Of a stretch of 64,000 nucleotides of DNA, positions 29,966 through 39,757 are shown one piece after another. Made by a program: the position numbers and the translations under genes. The notes beneath the pieces are model-generated. The model saw only the letters and a list, made by a program, of their open reading frames with translations, did not search any database and was not told the DNA's origin. Position 1 is the first letter of the stretch. Every line of letters starts with the position of its first letter. The stretch comes from Patescibacteria group bacterium (lineage in GTDB: Bacteria > Patescibacteriota > Patescibacteriia > JAXHNJ01), in the NCBI GenBank assembly GCA_043812155.1, contig JBDRMK010000017.1, forward strand, positions 77,824 to 141,823, given 5' to 3'.

Positions 29966-30328
29966 TTAAATTCCCGCTTTACTCTTAAAAAAATCAATCG
30001 CTTCAATTTCCCCGACATAGCATCTGCCATTTTCATAAATCATCGGCACCCCCCTTTGACTCTCAGGAATTTGGCAGCCAGCCGCTTTAGTATTGAATAA
30101 ATTATAATTTTCTTCCGTGGAAAAAGCCTCCACCTTACTGTATTCCACTTTTTCATCAACTTTATTATCGGCGATATATTGTTCGACTTTCTGGCAATGG
30201 CCGCAATCATTACTATAAAAGAAAATCGGCTCTTTAGGCGCGGTATCGGTGCTCGCCGACTTTTCACCGCAGCCGACAATTATAAAAGCGAAAGCGAAAA
30301 TGACGGCGAATATAAATATCTTTTTCAT
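29966..30328 (-). CDS. Thioredoxin/glutaredoxin-fold lipoprotein
   Basis: Lipobox IVGC, CGHC active site, GVP cis-Pro motif. Confidence 0.8.
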   Translation of the reverse strand: MKKIFIFAVIFAFAFIIVGCGEKSASTDTAPKEPIFFYSNDCGHCQKVEQYIADNKVDEKVEYSKVEAFSTEENYNLFNTKAAGCQIPESQRGVPMIYENGRCYVGEIEAIDFFKSKAGI

Positions 30329-30332
30329 TTTA

Positions 30333-30884
30333 TTATTCTTTAATGGTAAATATATCGCTCACTTTTCTCTCTTTGTAGTGAAGCAATAAATGAGCCAACT
30401 TTTCATAATCTTTAGGCAGATCAACCATCCCTTTTCTTTCTACGCGCGGATATCCAATTGGGAGACAAATAATCGGCGTGATATTTTCCGGTAAATCAAG
30501 GGCTTTTTTGATCTTTACTCCGTCAAAAGCCCCGCAGGCGCAGGAACCTAAGCCCAGAGCCGTGGCCGCCAACATCATATTAGAAATTATAATCCCGGAA
30601 TCTATATGAGGATACTTATTATCGTTTTGCTCGCCGGAAATTATACAAATTACCATGATCACCGGCGCCTCTTTGAGCCAAAAATTACCGGCAAAATTCG
30701 CTTTCACTACGGCCGTTCTTAATTCTTTATTTTTTACCACATAGACTTTATACGGCTGGCGATGGCGGGCCGAAGCGGAATGCAAACCCGCCCCCATGAT
30801 CTTCTGAAGTTTTTCTTCTTCCACCGGCTTTTCCAAATAAGCGCGAACGGAATGGCGTTTTAAAATTGTTTCGAATAAATCCAT
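30333..30884 (-). CDS. Nitroreductase family protein
   Basis: RHSVRAY, MLAATALGLGSC, PIGYP motifs. Confidence 0.9.
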   Translation of the reverse strand: MDLFETILKRHSVRAYLEKPVEEEKLQKIMGAGLHSASARHRQPYKVYVVKNKELRTAVVKANFAGNFWLKEAPVIMVICIISGEQNDNKYPHIDSGIIISNMMLAATALGLGSCACGAFDGVKIKKALDLPENITPIICLPIGYPRVERKGMVDLPKDYEKLAHLLLHYKERKVSDIFTIKE

Positions 30885-30889
30885 ACGAC

Positions 30890-31273
30890 CTATATATTTG
30901 GTAAACCTTTAATAGTGTCCTTTTCTCCCTCTTCCAATGAATTCATATCCAGAAAAATAATATCCGTCAGGGCTTTAACTTCGTGATAAATATTCGGAGA
31001 AATTTTTATCATAACGGGATAATCAACAACTGCCCGCATTTCTTCCGACGTTTTTAAATCTTTAAAATATATCTCAATTTTACCGGAAAGAAATACAAGA
31101 ATTTCTGGATTTTTCATATTACTTTTACCCGTGTGGTAATGAACTCCGCTGACCGTACCGACTTTTCTCTTAGCAAAGAGAATCTTATCAGACGGACGGT
31201 TTTCAAACTGAAAAGTCATGCCTTTTTCATTTTCCATGACTTTTACCAGCTTATTTATTTCAACACCCTTCAT
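30890..31273 (-). CDS. Cupin-fold protein
   Basis: GVHYH...E...YHEV metal-binding pattern. Confidence 0.65.
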   Translation of the reverse strand: MKGVEINKLVKVMENEKGMTFQFENRPSDKILFAKRKVGTVSGVHYHTGKSNMKNPEILVFLSGKIEIYFKDLKTSEEMRAVVDYPVMIKISPNIYHEVKALTDIIFLDMNSLEEGEKDTIKGLPNI

Positions 31274-31293
31274 ATTTATTATTTTAAATCATT

Positions 31294-31935
31294 TTATTTT
31301 TCCGCCTGAATAAACCAACGGCCATAATTACCCATTTTTATTTTCACTTTTTTAAATTTTAAAAAAAATCTTGCGATCTCTTTTTTAGTGAAAAAACTGT
31401 GCGGCAATCCTTTTTCCGGACCGGTTAAAGGAATATAGGTACCGGCGGACACCATTCGCTTTTTTTGAAAATGGTGCCACTCATTTATTTGCTGACAATC
31501 CGGCAAGGTAATCAGAGTTTTTCCGTTATTCCGTAAAGCCCGGAATATTCTATTTACTAATTTTCTAATTTGCGCTTTTTTGCCGTGCTGGAGAGTGTTA
31601 AACGAAAAAATAAAATCATATTTACCCGGCGGAATTTTATACTTAAACATATCGGCCTTTATTATCCTGGATTTATCCTTCAATAATTTTTTAGTCATTT
31701 TTACCGCCGATAGACTGGAGTCAATCCCGTCGGTTGCAAAGCCCAATGTTTGCAGATATTTGAGGTATCTTCCGTCACCACAGCCGATGTCCAAAGCGGA
31801 TTTTGAAGTAAATTTTGACCGTTTAATAAATTTTTTAAATGGCGGGTATATTTCGTAGCCGAGAGAAGCATAGGCCGGCCCGCCTTTCAAATAATTTTTA
31901 TAAATCTTATCCCAAGTGGTCAAATTAAACGACAA
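31294..31935 (-). CDS. Class I SAM-dependent methyltransferase
   Basis: LDIGCGDGR, GIDSS, YDFI motifs. Confidence 0.9.
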   Translation of the reverse strand: MSFNLTTWDKIYKNYLKGGPAYASLGYEIYPPFKKFIKRSKFTSKSALDIGCGDGRYLKYLQTLGFATDGIDSSLSAVKMTKKLLKDKSRIIKADMFKYKIPPGKYDFIFSFNTLQHGKKAQIRKLVNRIFRALRNNGKTLITLPDCQQINEWHHFQKKRMVSAGTYIPLTGPEKGLPHSFFTKKEIARFFLKFKKVKIKMGNYGRWFIQAEK

Positions 31936-34900
31936 AATTAATTAATCTGCCTTTAACAAATATTACTTTCTTTGGCTCGCCTATAACGTACTTTCTCACT
32001 TTTTCAGAACTTAAAGCTTTTTCCTTTGCTTCACTTTCCGAAATATCCGCCGGTAATCTTAAACGCTCGCGCAGTTTGCCATTTACCTGGATGATAAATT
32101 CCACTTCTTCGTCTTTAACTAGTTTGGAGTCATAAGAAGGCCATTTTTCCTTGAAAATAGATTCTTTATGCCCTAATTTCTCCCAAAGTTCCTCGGCCAA
32201 ATGCGGGGCAAAAGGCGATAATAACTTACAATAAATTTCCCGTTCATCTTTTTTTGAACTATTTTCTTCAATATTACCAAGATTTATATAAATATTTATC
32301 AATTTCATTAAAGCTGAAACAGCCGTATTAAAGTGCAGATTATCAATATCTTCTGTTACTTTTTTAACCGTTTTGTTTAAGCCATATTTTTTTGTTTCTA
32401 AATCTTGAGTACCAAAATTCGTCTGGAAATGTTTTTGTATCCTATCTAAAAATCTTTTCATTCCTCTTAAACCGTCTGTGTTCCAGTTGATCGCCTGGTC
32501 AAACGGCCCCATGAACATTTCGTAAAGCCGGACGGCGTCCGCCCCGAATTCCTTGATAATGACATCGGGATTGACCACGTTGCCGAATGATTTGGACATT
32601 TTCCGGCCGTCTTCGGCCAAGACCATGCCATGAGAAACCCGACGTTTATATGGTTCATCAGTCGGCACTAATTTCAAATCATATAAGGCTTTGTACCAAA
32701 ATCTTGAATACAATAGATGTAGAGTCGTGTGTTCCATCCCGCCGTTGTACAAATCCACCGGCAACCAGTGCTTCATATTTTTCATGTCCGCGAATTTCTT
32801 GTCATTATGCGGATCGCAATAGCGGATGAAATACCAGTTTGAACCGGCCCAGTTAGGCATGGTATCAGTCTCTCTTTTCGCCTGGCCGCCGCACTTCGGG
32901 CATTTCACATTCACCCATTCGGTAATTTTCGCTAGTGGCGATTCGCCTGTATTCGTCGGCTCATATTCTTTGACTTCGGGTAATTCCACCGGCAGATCTT
33001 TTTCCGGCACCGGCACGACTCCGCATTTTTCGCAATGGATCAAGGGAATCGGCTCGCCCCAGTAATGCTGACGAGAAAAAATCCAGTCGCGGAGCTTGTA
33101 ATTGACGGCGGCTTTGGCCAAAGAAAAAGATTGGTTCGGAAAAAATGGCAGGATCTCCGGCAAAACAGTGATATTCCCGTTCGATTTGCTAAAGTGATGT
33201 TTGCCAGAAAAAAGATGAAATTCCGCTTCAGGCAAATTCTTTTTATAGTATTCTACGCTTTCGACGGGAATAAATGGATCATTATCCGAAAACATGATAA
33301 TAAATCGCTCCGCCAAAGCGCGTATTTTTTTCCAATTAAAAAGTCCTGATTCATTCATGGCCTCAACCGCTTTCCAGTCAGCCGTCGGATGCGAGTGTCT
33401 TAATTCCGTCCACTTCTGCCAGGGATTTGTCGGCGCCACTAATATTACGGTATGAACATTTTTACCTAATAATTGCAGATGATACAACATGGCAGGGCAA
33501 CCAAGACTATGACCTACTAATACCGATTGTTCGTTAATCTGCTCGTCAAACCGAGCCAATTGTTCGTTCCAAACGGCCATCGTGGGATGATCAGTATCGG
33601 ACAAAGAAGGTACTATTACCTCCCATCCCTTCTGACCAAGTTCTTTTTTCAACCAGGGAAACCAATTTTCTTTTTCATGCCCGCCAATACCATGAACAAC
33701 AAGACAGGTTTTAGTTTTCTGGCCGTCGGTTGAATTCAAATCTTTGATAATAATTTCTTTAAACTTAACTGAATCCATGCCATTATACTTACCGGAATTA
33801 ATCATTATCCCATCGCCGGCGTAAATTTTTCCTCTAATAAATTTGTCAAAAACATAATGATGCAATGGATCTTTTACTTTTTGATCCGCTTCTTTTTCGC
33901 TCAGCCATATAACTTTAAATTTTTCATTATCTTTTCGGTCAGTTATTCCTTTTTCTTCATCCATAAGTTCAAAATAAAGCCCCACCACCTCAATTTCCCG
34001 ATCTACATTTTTAGAGTGGGCCGTATAATGATGGTGGATTTTTTCTGACTGGGCAATAAATTTTAAATTTTTATAACCCGTTTCTTCTTTAATTTCACGT
34101 TTTGCACAAGCAACAGGATCTTCTCCTTTTTCCAAACCGCCACCAATAAGCAGATAACCCCCAAGCCCAGAGCCCCAATTTAGGGCTAAAATCCGGCCAT
34201 TTTTGGGATTTTTCACCAGAGCGACGATACTGCGGCGAAATTCTTCATTCTTCTTCGGAGTTCCGGTAACCGGCTCAATGACGTTAATTACCGGCAAATC
34301 GTATTTTTTCGCAAATTCAAAATCCCTTTCATCGTGCCCCGGCACCGCCATTATGGCGCCGGTGCCATAACCCGATAAAACATAATCCGCGACAAAAATG
34401 GGAATTTCTTCATTATTCACGGGATTAATAGCTTTGATTCCTTTTAATTCCACTCCAGTTTTTTCTTTTGATTCGGCGCGCTCTAAATCCGATTTCGCTT
34501 TGGCTTTTTTAATATATCCTTCCACCTCCTGGCGATTAGCGATTTGCGGCAAGAAATCGGCGATCAATTCATGCTCCGGCGACAAAACCATGTAAGTCAC
34601 GCCGTAGAGAGTGTCAGGTCTTGTTGTAAAAACTTCAATGTGTGGTTTCGAATTTATAATTTCGGATTTCTAATTTTATATTAGCGCCCTCCGACCTTCC
34701 AATCCAGTCAATCTGCTGCTTTTTTATTTTTTCCAAAAAATCAACCTTATCCAAATCTTTGATTAAGCGGTCAGCATATTCAGTAATTTTAAAAAGCCAC
34801 TGCTTTTGATTTTTCTTGGTCACTTCTGCCCCGCATCTTTCGCACTTGCCCCCGACCACTTCTTCATTGGCTAAACCGATCTTGCAGGCTGGACACCAAT

Positions 34901-35369
34901 TGATCGGCATTTCTTTCTGGTAAACCAAACCGGCTTTGTATAATTGCAAGAATATCCACTGCGTCCATTTGTAATATTTCGGGTCGGAAGTATCAATCGC
35001 TCTTTCCCAGTCAAAAGAAAAACCCATCGCTTTCAACTGGCGGGTGAAATTGGCAATATTCTCCCGGGTTATATCTTGCGGTTTTCTTTTGACCTTTATG
35101 GCGTAATTTTCCGTGGGCAAACCGAAAGAATCAAAACCGATGGGGAATAAAACGTTTTCCCCTTCCATTCTTTTTTTTCGGGCCATAATATCAATTGCCG
35201 TGTAGGAACGAAGATGCCCCACATGAAGACCGTCGCCGGAAACATAGGGGAATTCTATCAGGCAATAATACTTATTCAGGGATTTATCATTGGCTAAAAA
35301 TAATTTTTGCTTTTGCCAAAAATCCTGCCATTTTTTTTCAATTTTACCCGGGCTAAAACCGTCGTTCAT
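31925..35369 (-). CDS. leuS: Leucyl-tRNA synthetase, frameshifted near 34640-34676, with inserted NUDIX and alpha/beta-hydrolase domains
   Basis: HVGH in 34635..35369. [13 protein letters not shown] continues in the +1 frame. [22 protein letters not shown] and KMSKS in the downstream ORF. Confidence 0.93.
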
Positions 35370-35553
35370 ACCGAAATTTTATCATTTTTTGGCCGGTTTA
35401 ACAAATTGGACTTCTGCTTGACTTAACCGGCTAGTTTGATATAATAGGTTTTATCTTTTATTGACCACGGAAAAAGGCAAAATTTAACTAACATTAAAGA
35501 AAAAACCTATTTCCTTCCAGCTCAAAAAAATCGCCATTCTCACTCTTTCAAAA

Positions 35554-36840
35554 TTGTTCAGGGCTTTAAGCGTTGTCGGCCGGAGCTTAAGGCTTTTTTT
35601 CGTTTACGGACTGGGCAAGCCTCTGGTTTTTATCATCGGTTTTTTTCTTAAACCCGTGGCTATTACTTTATACAAACTGTACCGATTTTTAAAAAAAGAA
35701 TACCTAAAATTGAATCTGCCGACCGGCCAGAAGTTTTTTCAATTTTTTACTCACAAATACTTTGTCCATTTCATTATCATTGTCCTCACTCTTTCCGTGG
35801 CCAGCAACAGTTTGAGCGCCCGCGAGATTAAATTGGAGGAATTCGGCAAAAAAACTCTTTTTTCCGCTTTGGTCGCTTCCGATCAAAATCAAGAAACAAT
35901 AGAAGGAGTGGAAACGGTTCTCGCAAAAAGCAATTACCTGGAACGTAAGGACGCTTTGCGCGCCCGGGTCACGCCAACCGACGATAGCATACAAATTACA
36001 GAAACCACTCTTGTCACCACGGAAGAAGGCACCGCTTTAGTGAAAAACACTTTGCCTGACACCTCATTAACCGGCCAGCCGCGGGAAAACATTGAATCAT
36101 ATCAGGTTAAGGGCGGCGACACGATCAGCACCATTGCCGGCCAATTCGGCATTTCCACCAATACTATTTTGTGGGCCAATAGTTTGAACAGCACCGATTT
36201 AATAAAACCCGGCCAGACCCTGACTATTCCGCCGGTCTCGGGCGTCCTTTATAAAATACAAAAAGGCGACACCGTGGCCAGTCTCGCCAAAAAATATAAA
36301 GCGGATGAAAAAAACATCTTGGAATATAATCAGCTGGCCGACGCTTCAGCCATAGAAGTCGGCGATCAAATCATGATTCCGGGCGGAGAAATAGAACCGC
36401 CGCCGCCCGCCCCGAAAAAAACCACTTCTGGATTTGCTTCAATTTTTTCCGGCAATGCCCCGCCTTCGGCCCGTGTCTCTGAAGGTTCCCGTCTGCTTTG
36501 GCCCACGCCAAGCCATAAAATAAACCAATATTACCGATGGGGGCATCAAGCCATTGATATTGACGGCAATTATTCTTCGCCGATTTACGCCGCTGAGGAC
36601 GGCACGGCTGAAAAAGTCGGCCAGGGCACCGGTTACGGCAATGTTATTATTATCAGCCACGGCGGCGGCAAAAAAACCGTTTACGCCCACTTGAGCAAAT
36701 TCTTCATTAAGCAAGGCCAGGCGGTTTCAAAAGGCCAAACGATCGGCATGATGGGCTGCACCGGTTGGTGTACAGGCACCCACCTTCACTTTGAAGTCGT
36801 AATCAGCGGCAGTAAAGTCAACCCTTTAAGTTACTTATAA
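35554..36840 (+). CDS. LysM-domain M23 peptidase
   Basis: Two LysM repeats, HQAIDI, YAHL, HLHFE. Start uncertain; the frame is open from 35488. Confidence 0.9.
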   Translation: MFRALSVVGRSLRLFFVYGLGKPLVFIIGFFLKPVAITLYKLYRFLKKEYLKLNLPTGQKFFQFFTHKYFVHFIIIVLTLSVASNSLSAREIKLEEFGKKTLFSALVASDQNQETIEGVETVLAKSNYLERKDALRARVTPTDDSIQITETTLVTTEEGTALVKNTLPDTSLTGQPRENIESYQVKGGDTISTIAGQFGISTNTILWANSLNSTDLIKPGQTLTIPPVSGVLYKIQKGDTVASLAKKYKADEKNILEYNQLADASAIEVGDQIMIPGGEIEPPPPAPKKTTSGFASIFSGNAPPSARVSEGSRLLWPTPSHKINQYYRWGHQAIDIDGNYSSPIYAAEDGTAEKVGQGTGYGNVIIISHGGGKKTVYAHLSKFFIKQGQAVSKGQTIGMMGCTGWCTGTHLHFEVVISGSKVNPLSYL

Positions 36841-36890
36841 ATACGTTAAAAAAAAGCCTGTCTTATTCATAAAGCCAGACTTTTTTATTA

Positions 36891-37091
36891 TTAGGCGGCG
36901 TAATAAGCAAAAGTCCGCTGGCCGAAATTCTGAAAAATCCGAGCTAATTCTTCCAAACCCTCCCAGATTTGTCTAACGTTTTCCGTTTCTGAGCACCGTA
37001 TAAAAATAACCGTCTGCTCGTCCGTGGGAAGATTCATTAAACGACGGGTATATAAGATTAGATCGATAAGAGTATCTTTTGTTAATAGCAT
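36891..37091 (-). CDS. Small hypothetical protein
   Basis: 66-aa ATG ORF. Possible TTGACT..TATAAT promoter at about 37155-37183 on the minus strand. Confidence 0.45.
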   Translation of the reverse strand: MLLTKDTLIDLILYTRRLMNLPTDEQTVIFIRCSETENVRQIWEGLEELARIFQNFGQRTFAYYAA

Positions 37092-37194
37092 TTTTGTTTT
37101 TGTTTTAGCGATATGACAATATAAAAAGAGGGCTTTTCACCTCTTTATATCCTAATTATAGCGCAAATTCGTGAAAAAGTCAAGCGACCCCCTC

Positions 37195-38712
37195 CTATTC
37201 CTCCCCTTTTGGCCGGTACTGCAAGGCCTCGGCCAAGTGTTTTATTTCAATTTTTTCCGAACCTTCCAGATCGGCAATGGTCCGGGAAAGTTTTAAGATC
37301 TTGTGGTATGAACGGCAGGATAAATTCAGCTGGATGGCCGAATTCTTGATCAGTTGCTTTCCGGCGTCATCCAAACGGCAGAATGTTTCTACGTCTTTCG
37401 CCTTGATCTCCGAATTTAATTTATAGGGATAATCCTTAAATCTTATTTTTTGAAAAGTCTGGGCGTTTTCCGCTCTTTTTCTTATGACCCCCGAGCCTTC
37501 CCCCAATTTTTCCGTCATCAATTTTTCTGTTTTTAACCGCGGCACTTCCAAGTGTAAATCAATCCGGTCCAGAAGCGGCCCGGAGATTTTTTTCCGGTAA
37601 CGGATTATTTGCGAGGGCGAACAGGTGCATTCTTTTTCCGGATCACTGTAATAGCCGCACGGACAGGGATTTAAGGCCGCCACCAGCATAAAGCGGGCTG
37701 GATAGGTCAGACTGCCGGCCACCCGGGCCACGGTTACTTCCCCTTCTTCCAAAGGCTGGCGCAGACTTTCCAATACCCCGCGCTGAAATTCCGGCAGTTC
37801 ATCCAAAAACAACACGCCGCGATGGGCTAACGAGACTTCGCCGGGGCGAGGGATCCGGCCGCCGCCGATAATAGAAGCGGCGGAAGCAGTGTGGTGCGGC
37901 GAACGAAAAGGCCTTTTAGTAATTAAAGGCTGGTCAGATCTTACTAAGCCGGAAACGCTGTATATTTTTGTCACTTCCAGAGCATCGGCTAAATCCATTT
38001 CCGGCAAAATTGTGGTCAGGGCCTTAGAAAGCAAGGTTTTTCCCGAACCCGGCGGCCCGGACATCAGGATATTGTGATGACCGGCGGCCGCGATTTCCAA
38101 AGCCCGTTTAACATGTTCCTGGCCTTTGATGTAGGCCATATCCAATTCTGAATCAAAATTAGAGTTTGTATTTTCCCAAACATATTGATGACAAGGAACC
38201 AATTCTTTTTTTAACAGATGATTAACTACTTGATTAAGGTCATGGCAGGGAAAAATACGGGGTCCGGGGATCAAACAGGCTTCATTGGCGTTTTCCGCTG
38301 GCAATAATATATTTTTTATCCGCTTTTTTTTGGCCAGCTCGACAAAAGAAAGAACGCCATTAACCGGTCTTAAGCTTCCGTCCAAAGAAAGCTCGCCTAA
38401 GAAAAGGCCTTCACGAAAAGAAAAAGAAAGCTGCTTGGTGGCCGCAAGCAGGGCCAGGGCAATAGGCAGATCATAAGACGGGCCTTCTTTTTTAATATCG
38501 GCCGGCGCCAGATTGATCGTCTGGCGGCCGTAGGGAAAAATAAAACCGCTGTTTCTAACGGCGGAACGGACTCTTTCTGTCGCTTCCTGGACGGCCGCGT
38601 CCGGCAGTCCGACAATTGTAAATTTCGGCAAACCGCTTGCCGTGTCCGCCTCCACTTCCACCAGGACCGAATTGAGGCCGATTAAGGCCGCCGAATATAT
38701 TTTTGATGACAT
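37195..38712 (-). CDS. comM: YifB/ComM Mg-chelatase-like AAA+ ATPase
   Basis: IVGLPD, GPPGSGKT, FRSPHHT, LFLDELPEF, NPCPCG motifs. Confidence 0.93.
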   Translation of the reverse strand: MSSKIYSAALIGLNSVLVEVEADTASGLPKFTIVGLPDAAVQEATERVRSAVRNSGFIFPYGRQTINLAPADIKKEGPSYDLPIALALLAATKQLSFSFREGLFLGELSLDGSLRPVNGVLSFVELAKKKRIKNILLPAENANEACLIPGPRIFPCHDLNQVVNHLLKKELVPCHQYVWENTNSNFDSELDMAYIKGQEHVKRALEIAAAGHHNILMSGPPGSGKTLLSKALTTILPEMDLADALEVTKIYSVSGLVRSDQPLITKRPFRSPHHTASAASIIGGGRIPRPGEVSLAHRGVLFLDELPEFQRGVLESLRQPLEEGEVTVARVAGSLTYPARFMLVAALNPCPCGYYSDPEKECTCSPSQIIRYRKKISGPLLDRIDLHLEVPRLKTEKLMTEKLGEGSGVIRKRAENAQTFQKIRFKDYPYKLNSEIKAKDVETFCRLDDAGKQLIKNSAIQLNLSCRSYHKILKLSRTIADLEGSEKIEIKHLAEALQYRPKGEE

Positions 38713-38764
38713 AAAAAAGGTCGCTTTCTTCCTAAAGCCACCATGTATCTGTTTTAACGATAAT

Positions 38765-39229
38765 CTATTTTAAAATATCTGTCAAATTATTCCGGCCAAA
38801 ACTTTTTATAAATATAAGTCCGACGCCCAACACGATCATCGCATCTGATATATTAAACACTGGGAACCAGCCGAGAAAATTAACGTAATCAACAACGTGG
38901 CCGAAACGAACCCGATCAATAAGATTAGAGACCGCGCCCACAAATATCAGGCCAAAAGACCAGAGAAAAAAATAATTTGAACGCTTTAAGCTAATTATAA
39001 GAAAATAAAAAACTATTATAATTATTAAAATAATCAAAGGGTATAAAAGATATGAAGCGACCGGAAAACTCAAGGCCAGACCTTGATTCGGGTAATAATT
39101 TATTTTTAAAATATTTTTTACGGCAAAAAACCCTTCGCGGTTTAAAACCAGCCACTTGAATAGACGGTCTAAAATAAAGGCAAAAAAAATAACGGCGGAT
39201 AAAAAATATTTATTTTTTAAGAGCCGCAT
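38765..39229 (-). CDS. lspA: Lipoprotein signal peptidase II
   Basis: NQGLA, GAVSNLIDR, VVDY, FNISD motifs. Confidence 0.9.
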   Translation of the reverse strand: MRLLKNKYFLSAVIFFAFILDRLFKWLVLNREGFFAVKNILKINYYPNQGLALSFPVASYLLYPLIILIIIIVFYFLIISLKRSNYFFLWSFGLIFVGAVSNLIDRVRFGHVVDYVNFLGWFPVFNISDAMIVLGVGLIFIKSFGRNNLTDILK

Positions 39230-39230
39230 C

Positions 39231-39587
39231 TTATAAATTATTACATTTAACGCAGACCGAGGCCGCCGGATTGACCTCTAGCCTTTCCCGGGGAATTTCT
39301 TCTCCGCAATTTTCGCACTTTCCGTAATCGCCTTTTTCCAACCTATCCAAAGCTTTATCCACTTCCGCTAATTTTCCCTGGAGATTGCCCTCTAAAGAAA
39401 GATCGTCTTGATACTGAGCTACCTCCGTGGCGTTGTCTTCATCAGAATCGCCGTATTGCGGCAATTTGGCGTGAAATTCGTCTTTTGCCTTTTTATCCTC
39501 TGGCCCGAGAGCGCCCAATCTTTTTCTTAAATCCGCCCTTTCTCCTTCTAATTTTTCTTTCATCTCGGCGATAAAATTTGCGTCCAT
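39231..39587 (-). CDS. TraR/DksA C4 zinc-finger protein
   Basis: YGKCENCGEEIPRERL..P....CVKC. Confidence 0.9.
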   Translation of the reverse strand: MDANFIAEMKEKLEGERADLRKRLGALGPEDKKAKDEFHAKLPQYGDSDEDNATEVAQYQDDLSLEGNLQGKLAEVDKALDRLEKGDYGKCENCGEEIPRERLEVNPAASVCVKCNNL

Positions 39588-39757
39588 AGTTTTTCGTTAA
39601 AAAATAAAAAGTGAGTTATTGTTAAATAAAATTAGTCACTTTCTAGGCTTAATTATAGCCCCGGTCAAAATTCCTGTCAATAATAACCCGCGTTCTAAAA
39701 AGCCCACTTTTTTCAAGAGGACTTTTTAGTTTTTTTTGTTTTTGACTATATCTAGTT

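Noticed and set aside
29962-30036. N-terminal extension of tsaC (likewise 2167..2259 of virB4 and 5950..5994 of the PEP-domain gene)
   Set aside because: These extensions overlap upstream genes or intergenic/promoter DNA, and downstream starts fit better.
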